Shown: positions 1-12,379, counted from the stretch's first letter. The stretch: 64,000 bases of DNA from an uncultured Verrucomicrobiae bacterium (GCA_963782115.1 CAWAIK010000003.1:96001-160000); one strand, 5' to 3'. The notes: generated by a model not told the origin, from the letters alone. Program-made: numbers and translations.

Positions 1-1340
1 GGAAGCTGAAAACGCAGATCACGAATACAATTGGCTACCGGTCCATGGTTTTCCCGGAGGGAGACCAGCACATCCCCATCGCTCGCGCCCAGAACCCCGG
101 AGGTAGAGTGCATGGTGTTCATCGGACTATAGGGAAGACCGATATTATCCAGGATATTCCCCAGCTCGCTTGCCGGGATCGTTTCGCGAATATAGTTTTC
201 CACCAGGTCGAACAGGCGCGCCGTTTCTTCGATACGCATGCCCGTCTTGCCCCGCACATGCAGTATGAATTGGCCGCTATCGGTATCAGGGAAGAAATCC
301 TGACCCAACCATGGCGCCAGCAAGGAGCCACAGAGACATAGCCCAAGGAACCCCGACACAAAGAGTTTCCGATTAGTAAGAAGACTGGTCAACAACTGCC
401 GATAGACGCTGCGGACCTGTTCAAACAGCCGCTCGAATGAACGCTGTATTCGACTAAACAGGTTTCGCGACTCCGATCCGTGACTTTTGGCCCTAAGCAG
501 ATACATCGCCAAAGTAGGCACCAGCGTCCTGGATAGAACGTAAGATGCGAGCATCGCAAACACCACCGCCTCCGCCAGGGGCACGAAAAGATAGCGTGCT
601 ACACCATCCAGCAGAAACATCGGAAGGAACACGATACAAATGCACAAGGTAGAGACTAACGCCGGAACCGCAATCTGGGCAGCGCCTTCCAAGATGCCAT
701 CGTGCAGCGAACGGCCTTCTTCCAGAACGCGCTCGATATTTTCAATGGTGACCGTAGCATCATCAACCAGAATCCCCACGGCCAGAGCTAAGCCTCCGAG
801 CGTCATGATGTTAATGGTTTCGCCCAACAGGCTAATCAGGATGATGGACGTCAAGATCGATAGCGGGATCGAGACCGCAATAATCAGAGTGCTTCGCCAA
901 CTGCCGAGAAATAAGAGAATCATGAGACCGGTTAGCCCCGCGGCGATGACGGCCTCTCGAATAACTCCGCTGACGGCGCTGCGAACGAAGATGCTTTGAT
1001 CCGCCAACGGCGTCATTCTTAACTCCGGTGGAACGATCGTCGCGATGCGTGGAAGCAAGGTTTGCACTCCGCTGACCACGCTCAGAGTTGATGCGTTCCC
1101 CGCCTTCAAAATGCTCATGAGCACACCACGGCGGCCATTCTCGCGGACCACGTTGGTTTGCAAAGCGAATCCGTCACTCACCGTGGCGACATCTCTCAGA
1201 TAAATCGTCGTGGTTCCCACTTGCTTGATTGGAAGATTGTTGAGTTCTGCGACGGTCCGGGGCTCCGTATTCGTACGCACATCCAACTCGCTCTCCCCTA
1301 GTTTTACCGTTCCGGAGGGTAGTACCAGACTCTGCGCGTT
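1..1340 (-). pseudogene. RND efflux permease (AcrB/CusA family), N-terminally truncated, runs off the window edge
   Basis: Minus-strand translation gives NIMTLGGLALAVGILVDDATVTIENI and IAVPALVSTLCICIVFLPMF. Homology begins abruptly at NAQSLVLPSGTVK with no in-frame start. Confidence 0.85.
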
Positions 1341-1416
1341 TTTTGTCCAATCATCATGATGGAAGCCTCCATCACGTCGCTGCGTCGGACAAAACGGTCT
1401 TCCGGTATTTCTCCGG

Positions 1417-1870
1417 TCAGGTCTGGTGCTTTTCCGAGAATTCCTCGCGAAAGTCTCCTGGCGCCCTGTCCACGAGACGCCGGAAGAAGCGGCTGAAATA
1501 GGCCGGGTCTTCAAAATTCAGGGCATAGGCAATTTCGGAGACGTTCATGGAGGTGTGGACCAAAAGGCGCTTGGCCTCCAGAAGAAGACGCTCCCGGATT
1601 ATATCGCCAGGTGTTCGGCCCGTCTGGCCGCGAATCATCGCCCCGAGGTGATCGGCGGTAACGTGCAGATATTTCGCATAATCCGAAACCGAAGTTGTCG
1701 TACGAAAATGCTTCTCCACAGCGAGACGAAAATCCCGTCCGATGCGGCTCTGCTCGCTTTCCGAAATTGCACGCCACCCTGTTCATAGAGGCTCCGGTAA
1801 ATCCGGGCGGCCGTGTAAAAAAGCAACCTGAGCAGTGCGCGGACGATGTCGTCACGCTCTTTCGATGGAG
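1417..1870 (-). pseudogene. AraC family regulator, C-terminal part only, frameshifted near 1730
   Basis: HTH_AraC motif LLLEAKRLLVHTSMNVSEIAYALNFEDPAYFSRFFRR. The upstream part (DIVRALLRLLFY) is in another frame and is cut at about 1870. Confidence 0.85.
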
Positions 1871-1874
1871 TGAG

Positions 1875-2975
1875 CCGTCACGTTCGAGCAGGCTGTGGCC
1901 TTTGAGTTTGCGCAGGTCGTAGCGAAGTTGGTTGAGACCGTAGGCCTTTTCGGACAGTTGGAAGCTCTGGAGAATGACTTGATGAATGTGCTTGGCGCTC
2001 CAGCCGCCGAGATTATTGCCGGCGTGCAGAAGAACCTCCAAGAGCCGGATGATGCGGGTCTCATGGATCTTTATACCCGCGTAATAGACCGAGCCTGTCG
2101 TGATCGGCAAGGCCATGCGCTGCAGCAGAGGAAAGTCCACGTGGACGTTTAACCACTGGGCCTGGAGTCGGGCGAACCGATCCGTGATCGCCAGGAATTT
2201 GGTGCGCACCGCGTTCAAATTCTGCAGGCCTTTCTTAAGGGCAAAGTCGGAGAGGTTATTTGAGCAAAGTTCATTGCGCAGCAAGGTGCAGAACTTTTCG
2301 TACTGCTTCAAAAATGCATTCTTCCAGTAAGCACGGAAGACATGATGACCATGTTCAATCTGATCGATGACGGTGCCCAGTTTACCGCCCAGTCGCTTAT
2401 GGAGTCGCACGCCGAAGAGTTCCGAGATCCGGTTGGCAGTCAGTCGCCAAAGCCCGATCTCGCAGCTGCGCTCGAAAATCTTATGGATCGGGAAGTTGCG
2501 CTTGAAGATGAAGTTGCGGCAGTACTCTATCTGCCCGATGGCGTAAAAGCGCGACAGGTTGATCTGATTGCGCTCGGCGCGGGAGAACTTCGGTCCCAGG
2601 ATCAGTGTCCAGTAGTCGAGCTGCTTTTGAATGATCTGGGGACTAAGCCGATCGGCGGCAGCCTGCAGTGGCGCGACATCGTCGATGGCTAGAAATGCGT
2701 TATCGTTCTTGCGGAAGGCGACCTGGGCTTTCTTGAGCTCCTGTTCGATAAAGGAGTGGCCGTTTAGATAATAGGTGGCCTGAAAGGGCAAGAATGAGGC
2801 TAAGCGCATGACCATCGGTCCAAGCACTTCATCGGAAATGTAGAAGTAGTAGTGCGTGAAGCGGCTGCGTTGAGGCGCCAGGATCCGGTGGTTGGGGTCC
2901 TTGGTCGGATACTTGGGCACGCTGATCCGGAAGGTGGGCCCTTGTTCCATGCTCCTGAAAATGAAAGAAAGGTAA
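1875..2975 (-). mobile_element. Truncated protein of a putative mobile-element family (Rep_trans-like KxYxK..LRxE core plus C-terminal wHTH)
   Basis: Motifs HYYFYISDEVLGPM, YYLNGH, LKQYEKFCTLLRNE and YDLRKLKGHSLLER. Both ends are lost at junctions. Family assignment is from recall. Confidence 0.55.
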
Positions 2976-3300
2976 CTACCGCATTGAGGGCCGCGCATTT
3001 GTCTACATCGATCGCAAGTCCGGCCGGATCATCACGGTCCTTGGCTATCCCACTGCCAAAATTGCACAATTGGGCTAAATAGAAAAAACTGGTCCGCCGC
3101 CTGTCCGGCAAAACGCAAATCCCCGGGTCGCCTTCCGAACAAAGTCCCAAAAGCTTTTGCAGTTTGACAGCCGCAGCGAGGAACGAGCGAAGTGCTGTCG
3201 AACGCAAAATACCGTTACCTCCCAGCGCGGAGCGAAGCCTGATCAAGAGAGAAACGAAATAAATGTGCAGGGGCCCGCCTCCGGCGGGAAGGATGCCGTT

Positions 3301-4050
3301 GCCGGGTAGCGCCCCGGATTCCTCCAAAGGCGCCCCCACAGATCCGGACGCGCCCATTTCGGGCATCCGGTTCCTCGGATTTACGGTTTTGCTACCCGTT
3401 ACTATCCGCCACTGTCGCGTTAACACGTTTGTTGACGACTCTGAGTTCATCCCGTGTTTCCCAGTGGCAGTTCCGTAAACCGACGCCCCCCTTGGCTACT
3501 CACAGGCTTCCGCGGGTCGGTTTCCCTGCTTTCTGGCGCTACTATGAGGGCGCTACGACTTCCTCTGTCCTTTTCAACGGCCTCATTGCGTTCGGCCGTT
3601 AATACCTCTTGGTGCTTAGCTCGTTTGCTCACACCAGCCGCTAAGTCAGTTCCGGTGTGCCAGGTCGTTGTTCTACCAGTGTCGTCCCTTTTCTGGTTTA
3701 GTAGAAGAGGAGACAGGAGGATCTCCCAAGTTCCCAGGGAACCCTTGCGCACATTTGCCCTACTCTTAGACCCCGGCCGGACCATTGCGTTAGGCATTTG
3801 ACGCTCTGGTGCTGCTCCCGTGGACATAAAAACGAAAGCTCCAGCGATCTGAATATTTCGAGGCTCAATCACACGGCTTTTGTGCTCACTGCATACGCTT
3901 GATGCCGCCATCTCTGACGACTCTCCAATGCTTACTTCCGGACGGTTGCCACCTTTTCCGGGCGGGCCTCAGGTCCCGCTGGGTTCCTGCAAAGAATTTC
4001 CACTTTGATTAGCTCATCGTTTCCTTTCTTTCTGGATTTTCTTGGCGCTA
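3301..4050 (-). ncRNA. Group II intron ribozyme, ORF-less (RT almost wholly deleted)
   Basis: Minus strand: D5 GAGGAACCGGATGCCCGAAATGGGCGCGTCCGGATCTGTGGGGG and D6 ending CTACCCGGC at 3301. The 5' end reads TAGCGCCAAG near 4050. A residual RT-like start MNSESSTNVLTRQWRI lies at 3450. Confidence 0.85.
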
Positions 4051-4310
4051 TATGTCGGATTCGACCTTGAGCAGGCGTAGCGCAGCGCTACGAGGGCTGA
4101 AGCCGCTAACCAAGCTACCCACAGGGAACGGAGAGAATTTCAGAAAATTTCAAATATGTTTGGTTAGGATTGAGGTGGATTCAAGTGTCTGGCTCTCGTC
4201 CTTAAGGAGGAGAGCCTTGGAGATACGTTGGACTTGTGCCAGACACATGGCTTTTACGGTCTCCATTTTAGTTAGGTGCCGTTCCAAGCGCAACGCGATA
4301 AAAAGGGTTC

Positions 4311-4439
4311 ATGAAAACGATCGTTGCCCTCATCGGTCTGATCAGCACACTCGCGATTACTAACGCTCTCGCATGGGAACGGGTGCTGCTCGATACGCAC
4401 GGGACAAGTATTATTGTGACTGTGCCGATCTCAAGATGA
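4311..4439 (+). pseudogene. Chimeric remnant: signal-peptide N-terminus fused to a histidine kinase C-terminal tail
   Basis: MKTIVALIGLISTLAITNALAWERVLLDTH joined to GTSIIVTVPIS. The tail matches the kinase ends at 18456 and 50461. Confidence 0.6.
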
Positions 4440-4532
4440 GCCCTGTCCTGAGATGAAACGAGAACGGATTGACATTTTCAATCGGCAGCTGCAGATAAAC
4501 ATACCAACAAAAAGCGAGTTAGAGAGGATCGA

Positions 4533-4829
4533 ATGGCAATCACACCTGACTTCATGGATACCACGAGAATCCGACGTACGATGAGAGTTCTGCCGTACGA
4601 GGAAGGCAAAGCGGGAGCTACGCGTTACATCGAAGGATCACTCGGAGAATCAGACGAGCTCACGGACTGGGATTTATCTTTCGAGGAGTATATCGAGGAA
4701 CACAATAACTCGAAACTTTTGTTCTGCTGGTACGCGGAGTTGGTTATCAATAGCGAAATCGTTAGGCGCGGTGAGTTGGTCGTCCATAGCGGGACAGTCA
4801 AACGTAAGCGTCAGTACATTCCTCAATAG
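4533..4829 (+). pseudogene. Truncated paralogue (copy A) of the uncharacterised 115-aa protein
   Basis: Aligns to the ORFs at 15093 and 34742 up to LLFCWYA (about 4737), then unrelated. It has the same AGAGGAxCGA-ATG start context. Confidence 0.75.
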
Positions 4830-5239
4830 TCGTCTGGCCCAGGCCAACCGGAAGGCCCGTCGCGATTGAGGTCAAGCTAACCACTTTTTAGTTCGAAAAG
4901 GTTCTCTCAGAAACAAAAAACCCTTCGGTTTGTCACTGGTGGCCAACTCAAAACCCGTGAAGCTCCCGGCCCCAGCTTCGACCTTATCCCATCTCCGTCC
5001 TGAAAGATATTTAAGTTAAAAGTTGAATGTTTTAAGCCTTCCGGCTTTTCGCTTGTTGCCCGAACGGCGGAGCTTCGGAAACAGACCGGCATGGACAATT
5101 TCGGTAGCTTTTATGGCACGTGCGCTTTTTGATTGGGAAACCGCAGAAATGGAAATCTTTCCTTTAATCCCCCCAGTAACGCTGGATCGTAAGGGCTAAA
5201 GCTTGTTTGTGGCAGATCTCCAAATCGTCGCGGCAAGAC

Positions 5240-5520
5240 GCGGTGGGTACCACTCCAGAAGATCCTCGACGACATCCGCGCTGAGCGTCGCTGATGAGCA
5301 TTGGGGTTCTTCGGCGCTGGTAAAGCTTTACGTGCAGGAGCTGGGTTCCGCGGAGTTCCGCGCGCTGCCGGTAAAGGCAAGCCGAGTGGCGACTGGGACG
5401 TTTACGCGGCATGAGGTGCGAACCCTGTTTCGGCGTTCTCCCGAGTGGCGAAGCTGCGGCGCTCTACGGCGAGTTGAATACGGATATTGCAATAGCCGAC
5501 ATCGTGATTCAACCGGGGCG
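5240..5520 (+). pseudogene. vapBC-type toxin-antitoxin remnant (PIN toxin)
   Basis: Antitoxin-like end VPLQKILDDIRAERR* overlaps an ATG, followed by frameshifted W(G)SSALVKLYVQELGS, resembling the PIN motif DSSALVKLY. Confidence 0.6.
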
Positions 5521-6196
5521 ATCTGCCGCCGCACGCTACAAAGCGCTCATCCGCGTTCGGTTCTTTAAAGTTTTCGCGTTCACCAGAAGCGAATCGCGAA
5601 CGTATCGAAATCGCCCGTTTCCACGGATCACATCGGCTCGCTGTCCCGTCATCGGGTAATAAACAAATTTCGCGTGTCGTACGAATAATCATGCCAACTC
5701 CATTCTTTCCTTGAGTTATTAAGCCTATCATTTCACTCATTGGATCTCTACAAGCTGAAAGAGCGGTTATTAACGACCCAAAAGAAGGAGGCGTGGCCTG
5801 AGAGTTCGTTGCTTGCGATCCAATTTGTTTCTGCAGAACTTTGGTCGCTGGGCGATCCCTCGCCAACTTGTGGAGGCTGTTTGCTGGTTTTCTTCAGCTA
5901 AAGCGGCCCCCACGAACACGCGGCCTGTCTTCGGCCTGAAAAGTTCTGTAAGCGATCCGCGTATCTAACTGGCATCCGGGTCTCGTGCTACACTCGTCTA
6001 TCTGCCGGTGCTTCTCGCATCTCCGAGAATGCCGTTCTCAATTCTGCGTAGGATTGATACGTCGAAGAGAGGGACTAGACTGTAATTGTTTGTCTCCTCC
6101 TCTCAAATGTTCGATCTGCCAAATAATGAATGACGGCGGAAAACGGGGCGTGCGGCCGATCGGCGTTGGTGTGAGCCGGCCAACCGGAGGCTCGCG

Positions 6197-9100
6197 ATGA
6201 TTGAGCTTTCACGATATGTGTTTGAGACACTGCGTGAGGACGGGGAATTCGCCCTTTGCCGGGGCCGGAGCGACGGCGAACTACCCTCTATTCTTTTGGT
6301 AGCTCCTGTCTCGGAGTACCCCGCTCTGGGAAGCTTGGAGCGGCTGGAGCACGAATATTCCCTTAGAGGCGAACTTGACTCGGACTGGGCGGTTCGACCT
6401 CTCACTCTGGCTCGTCGTGAGGGTCAGACAATGCTTATACTCGAGGACCCCGGTGGCGAGCCCCTCGATCGGCTCCTGGGACAACCCATGGAATTAACCC
6501 GGTTTCTTCGCTTTGCGGTCGGTCTTGCAGCTGCGCTGGGCAAGCTCCGTAAGCGAGGTCTCATCCACAAGGACATCAAGCCGGCTCACATTCTGGTCGA
6601 CTCTGCGAGCGGAGTGGTCTGGTTGACAGGTTTCGGTATTGCTTCCCATCTGCCGCGCGAGCACCAGCCCCCCGAGCCCCCGGAAGTGATTGCCGGCACA
6701 CTGGCCTATATGGCGCCCGAACAGACCGGTCGCATGAATCGGTCGATCGATTCGCGAAGTGATCTTTATTCTCTGGGCGTCACCCTTTATGAGATGCTCA
6801 CCGGCGTACTTCCGTTCAATGCCTCCGATCCGATGGAGTGGATCCACTGCCATATCGCGAGGCAGCCAGCGCCGTCCAGTGAGCGGAGGGAGGGGATCCC
6901 TGAGCCGATTTGGGCGATTATCCTGAAGCTTTTGGCCAAGACCGCCGAGGAGCGGTACCAGACTGCCGCAGGCGTCAAGGCTGACCTTGGAAAATGCCTG
7001 ACAGAATGGGAGGCGCTCGAACATATCGAGCCGTTCCCGCTGGGTACGCACGACGTACCAGACCGGCTCCTAATCCCAGAGAAGCTGTATGGGCGTGACG
7101 CGGAGCGCGCAGTCCTTCTTAGCGCCTTCGATCGGGTCGTCGCTAGCGGTATTCCAGAGGTGGTGCTCGTGTCGGGTTACTCTGGGATCGGCAAGTCCTC
7201 GGTCGTCAACGAGCTGCACAAGGTGATTGTGCTGCCGCGTGGCATTTTCATTTCAGGGAAGTTCGACCAACACAAGCGAGACATCCCATACGCCACCCTT
7301 GGGCAGGCCCTCCAGGACCTTGTGCGGCAAATCCTGAGTAAGAACGAGAAGGAAGTCGGTTATTGGCGGGATGCGATCCGGGAGGCTGTTGGTACAAATG
7401 GCCAGCTGATGGTAAATCTGATTCCCGAACTGGAGCTGGTGATCGGCAAACAGCCGCCCGTGCCGGAGATTCCTCCTCAGGAAGCGCAGGTCCGGTTCGA
7501 TGCGGTGCTCCCGCGGTTCATTGGCGCGTTTGCCCGTAAGGAACACCCTCTGGCGTTGTTCCTCGACGATCTCCAATGGCTGGACCCGGCGAGCCTCAAG
7601 CTGCTCGAACACCTCGTCACTCACCCAGACATCCGGCATCTCCTTCTAATCGGTGCGTACCGCGACAACGAGGTCAGTGCCTACCATCCCCTGATGTTGA
7701 CACTGGATTCGATCCGCGACACCGGGCCGATCGTGCATGAGATCGTCCTCCAGCCTCTGTCGCTTGCCGACGTGACACAGCTCATCGGTGACGCCCTGCG
7801 CTGTGCGTTGGCGCACGCGCACCCTCTGGCAGAGCTCGTGCACGAGAAGACCGGCGGCAATCCGTTCTTCGCTATCCAGTTCTTGACGGCGTTTGCCGAG
7901 GAGGGGCTGCTCGTGTTCGACGCAAGCGTAGTGACCTGGACCTGGGACGTCGCGCGCATTCAGTCCAAACGCTACACCGACAACGTTGTGGACCTTGTGG
8001 CCGGGAAGCTAAACCGGCTCCCAGCCAGCACGCAGAAAGCCTTGCAGCAGCTCGCCTGTCTGGGCAACACCGCGGAGATCTCCACCGTTACCTTGGTTCA
8101 CGGAGAATCGGAGGTGGCGATCCACGCGGCACTCTGGGACGCCGTCCGCGCGGGGCTCATCTTCCGCCTGGAGGACGCCTACACATTCCTCCACGACCGC
8201 GTCCAAGAAGCGGCCTATGCGTTGATCCCCGAGGGCGACCGCGCGGCGGCCCACCTTCGAATTGGCCGAGTGCTCGCGTCACGGACGGCAGCGACGGAGC
8301 TCGAGGAGAAGATCTTCGAAATCGCTAACCAGCTCGACCGCGGCGTCGCGCTGATCACAGCACCGCAGGAGCGCGTGCGCGTCGCCGAGCTAAACCTCAT
8401 CGCCGGCAAGCGCGCCAAGATTTCGACGGCCTACGCCTCGGCGCTGAGATACTTCGTCGCCGGCTGCACGCTGCTGGCAGAGGACAGCTGGGAGCAGCGG
8501 TACGCGCTCACGTTCGGGCTCGAGCTCCAGCGAGCCGAGTGCGAGTTCCTGACCAGCGATTTCGCGGCGGCGGAAGAACGACTGTCGATGCTGTCGCGCC
8601 GCGCCGGAAACCTCATCGACAATGCCGCTGTCACGCGCCTGCAGACGGAACTCTACACCACCTTGGATCAGAGCGACCTTGCTGTCGAGGTGGGTCTCGA
8701 ATACCTCCGGCGCGTAGGCGTCGACTGGTCGCCGCACCCGACGAAGGACGAGGTACGGCAGGAATACGAGCGGATTTGGCGACGGCTCGGGAACCGACCG
8801 ATCGAGGCCCTTATTGACTTGCCCCCGATGACCGACCCGGTCTGCCGGGCGACTCTCGACGTTCTCACGGTGGTCGAAGAGCCCGCCCATTTCACCGACG
8901 AGAATCTGCGGTGCCTTGTCGTCGCGCGGATGGCGAACCTCAGCCTGGAACATGGCAATAGCGACGGATCGTGCGTCGCCTACGTCCACCTCGGCTGGTT
9001 TGTGGTACCGCGTTTCGGCGATTACCGGCCCGCGTTCCGCTTCGGCAAACTCGGCCTCGATCTGGTGGAGAAGCGCGGGCTGGAGCGTTTCAGGACCCGC

Positions 9101-12099
9101 GTCTCCCAGTGCTTCGGTTACTTTGTCAATCCCTGATCAAGGCACTTGCGCACCAGTGTTGAATTGCTGCGGCGCTCCTTCACCACAGCGCAGGAGGCCG
9201 GCGACCTCAAATATGCGGTCTATTCCTGCGACCGCTTGGTTACGTTTCTTCTCGCCGCCGGAGACCCGCTTGGCGACGTGCAGCGGGAGGCCGAGAACGG
9301 ACTCGAGTTCGCACGAAAGGCAAAGTTTGGTTACATCGTCGACATAATCGCCGGACAGCTCGCGCTTATCCGGACTCTTCGGGGCCTGACCCCGAGCTTC
9401 TCCTCCTTCAACGATGCGGAATTCGATGAGGGCCGGTTCGAGCAGCACCTGGAGGCCGATCCGCACCTAGTATTCGCCAGGTGCTGGTATTGGATCCGTA
9501 AGCTGCAGGCGCGCTTCTACGCGGGCGACTACGTGTCCGCCCTCGCGGCGGCATTCAAGACTGAGCCGCTAGTGCAGACGATGCCGTATGCAGGAATTGA
9601 TTTACCAGATCACTTCATATCATCGAAGGCAATCGGTCGGCCGGGAGTTTTTGAGTCGGCTGAATACCTTTTCTAGGACGCGCTCGCGCGGGCAGCACAG
9701 TACGACTCTGCATCGTCCGAGCAGCGGCCCCAGTATCGGGAGGCACTCGCCACCCACCACAAGCAGCTCGAGGCCTGGGCGGAGAATTGCCCCGAGAATT
9801 TCGGGGACCGCGCAGCACTGGTCGCGGCGGAGATCTCGCGCATTGAAGGTCGCGAGTTAGATGCCGAGCACCTATACGAAAAGGCCATTCGGTCATCCCG
9901 TGAGCAAGGCTTTGTCCAGAACGAAGCCATCGCCCATGAAGCGGCTGCTCGGTTCTACTTGGCGCGCGACTTCGAGACGATCGCCCATGCGTACTTGCGG
10001 AACGCCCGGTGTTGTTATCTGCGTTGGGGCGCCGATGGCAAGGTGCGGCAACTCGATGAACGTTACCCTGCAATCTCTGAACAGGCGTCCGGGCGTCCTG
10101 CCACCACGATCGGCACGTCTGTTCAGCAGCTGGACTTGGGGACGGTGATGAAGGCGTCGCAGGCGGTTGCTGGCGCAGATTGTTCTTGAGAAGTTGATCG
10201 AAACTCTCATGGTGATCGCAATTGAGCACGCTGGGGCCGAGCGGGGTCTTTTGCTGCTGCCGCATGGCGAAGAGCATCGAATCGAGGCTGAAGGCAGGAC
10301 CGGACGCCACAAGGTCGAGGTTCAACTACAACAAGCGTGACGCCCGCCGAGCTGCCCGAGTCGCTCCTTCGTTACGTAGTCCGAACTCAGGAGAGCGTGA
10401 TTCTGGATGACGCCTCGAGCCAGAACCTGTTTTCGCAGGACGAATATGTTCGTCAGCGGCGTCCCAGGTCAGTGCTCTGCTTACCTCTGGTGAAGCAGGT
10501 CAAGTTAGTCGGCATCCTTTATCTGGAGAACAGCTTGGCGCCCCGCGTGTTCACGCCCGATCGGCTGGCCATGCTGGAGATGCTGGCCTCGCAGGCTGCG
10601 ATCTCGCTGGAAAATGCCGGCCTCTACGCCGATCTGCAGCAGGAGAATATCGTACGCAAGCGAGCAGAGGAGGAACTGCGGCGCAGTGAGGGTTTTTTGG
10701 CCCAAGGAGAGAGGATAGGCCATACCGGCAGTTGGGGTTGGCAGGTTGCCACGGGGTTGATCTACTGGTCGAAGGAACATTTTCGGATTTTTGACTACGA
10801 TCCGGAAACCACCCTGCCCTCGTATTCGCTGTTCATGGATAGGATTCATCCCGAGGATCGTTTCTCGCTCGAAGAGATCCTCAATCGAGCAGTCCGGGAC
10901 AAGAGGGATTTTGAATACGACTATCGAATCGTGCTTCCGGATAGATCGACAAAGTTTTTAAGGAGTGTGGGTCAAGCCCTGGTTAACCCGTCCGGCGAGC
11001 TTGAGTTTATTGGCACGGTCATGGACATCACCGATTTGAAGCGCGCGGAAGAAATGCGAGCGGCCATGGGGCGCGAACGGGAACTGTTTGCGCGCCAGCG
11101 CGCAGCCGAGCAGGCGAAAGCGAACGAAGCCCTCCGGGGATGCCTGGATGCGCTGGCCTCGGTCCCCGAACTGGATGACTTCCTTGGGCAAGTGATGGCC
11201 GCCATCACTCGGCAATTGGATGCCGTCTCTTCGTCGTTGCGAATGCTTAACCTCGAACAAAACACCTTGACTCTGGAGCTCGTCTTTCAAGGCGGCCGAG
11301 TAATGTCGCCTGCCGAAGCGAGCTATCCGGAATCCTCGCGGTCCGTGGCGCCGGACGAACCAGGGGTCGCCACTTTTCTGGATCAGCCAACGACTGTCAT
11401 CCATATTCTCGATCCGCTTTCATCAATTGCTAAAGCCCAGCGCTCCTATCTGCTTGGACTGGGTATAAAGACCTTATTGATCATTCCTTTGAGCTCGGGC
11501 GGTCAGGTCAACGGCCGGTTAGACTTCCGTTTTACTGAGGAGCGCACTTTTGACCCGGAAGAACTCGAAATCGCGAGAGCCTTAGCAACCCAAGCCAGCC
11601 TGGCAATTCAACTCACTCGATTAGCGAAAACCGCCAGGCAATCTGCCGTTCTGGAAGAGCGAAATCGGCTGGCTGGCGAGATTCATGATTCGCTGGCTCA
11701 AAGTTTTGCCGGGATCTCGATCCAATTAGAGCTTGCCCTAGAGGAAATGGCTGCAAAGGAAGGCTGCCTCCTCGGCTATATTCGGCGCGCTTATGAGACA
11801 GCAAAGTTCGGCTTGGCCGAAGCGCGCCGATCCGTCCATAGTTTACAATCAAGTGTCCTTCGCGAATCAGGATTGGCCACCGTGCTGCAACGTTTGGTCG
11901 AACACTCGAATTTGGCGGGCCGGTTGCGTTGTGATTTTCGGTCCAACTCCATACCCGAAGAAAGATTGCCGGCCACGGTACAGCACCAGCTTTTACGCAT
12001 CGCTCAGGAAGCGATCAGCAACGCCGCCAGCCACGCCAAACCGACCGTCATTACCGTAACTCTTCGCTGGGATCCGCCCCATCTGATTCTTCAAGTCAA
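6197..12099 (+). pseudogene. Ser/Thr kinase-AAA ATPase-GAF-PAS-GAF-HisKA_3 sensor kinase, disrupted
   Basis: HKDIKP and GTLAYMAPEQTGR, P-loop GYSGIGKS, and ERNRLAGEIHDSLAQ. In-frame stops at 9134 and 9674, frameshifts near 10180 and 10337, HATPase cut at 12099. Confidence 0.92.
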
Positions 12100-12210
12100 G
12101 CTACACATCGATGACAGTAGACATCGAGATGCTATGGGACCAAAGCGCGGACCAGGATCAAGGTCTCCAGTGGCTGGTAAACGAATTGGCTGCCTCTATG
12201 GTGGATGTCG
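12100..12210 (+). pseudogene. LysR regulator C-terminal remnant
   Basis: MTVDIEMLWDQSADQDQGLQWLVNELAAS is nearly identical to the end of the LysR at 20054-21163. Confidence 0.85.
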
Positions 12211-12379
12211 CGTCAGATTTGTCGATCGGCGGGGGTCCGGGGGTGTCGAAAACTGGCCACCCTCTGGGCATCCGGGTTGCAGCGAATGAGCTGCAGCTGC
12301 AAAGCGCACGAGATTAGCAGTGGTTATATCAAGGGATAGACTGAAAATGCAACCCAAACCAACAACAAAAGAGCGAGAC

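Noticed and set aside
1511..2998. 495-aa ORF as a real fusion protein
   Set aside because: The tail after LLERDG is out-of-frame read-through into the araC remnant.
2800..3911. ORFs 2800-3450, 3447-3911 and 3454-3801
   Set aside because: They are translations of intron RNA domains and flanks. No RT motifs (YADD) are present, so there is no retron or DGR either.
9134..9676. Stop-codon recoding (TGA=Trp, TAG readthrough) in the large kinase
   Set aside because: Intact genes here end in TGA or TAG, and the same gene also has frameshifts and a truncation, so ordinary decay or sequencing error explains it.
10337..12289. Stand-alone intact 650-aa kinase
   Set aside because: It is the frameshifted tail of the gene at 6197, lacks most of the HATPase domain and runs into lysR DNA.
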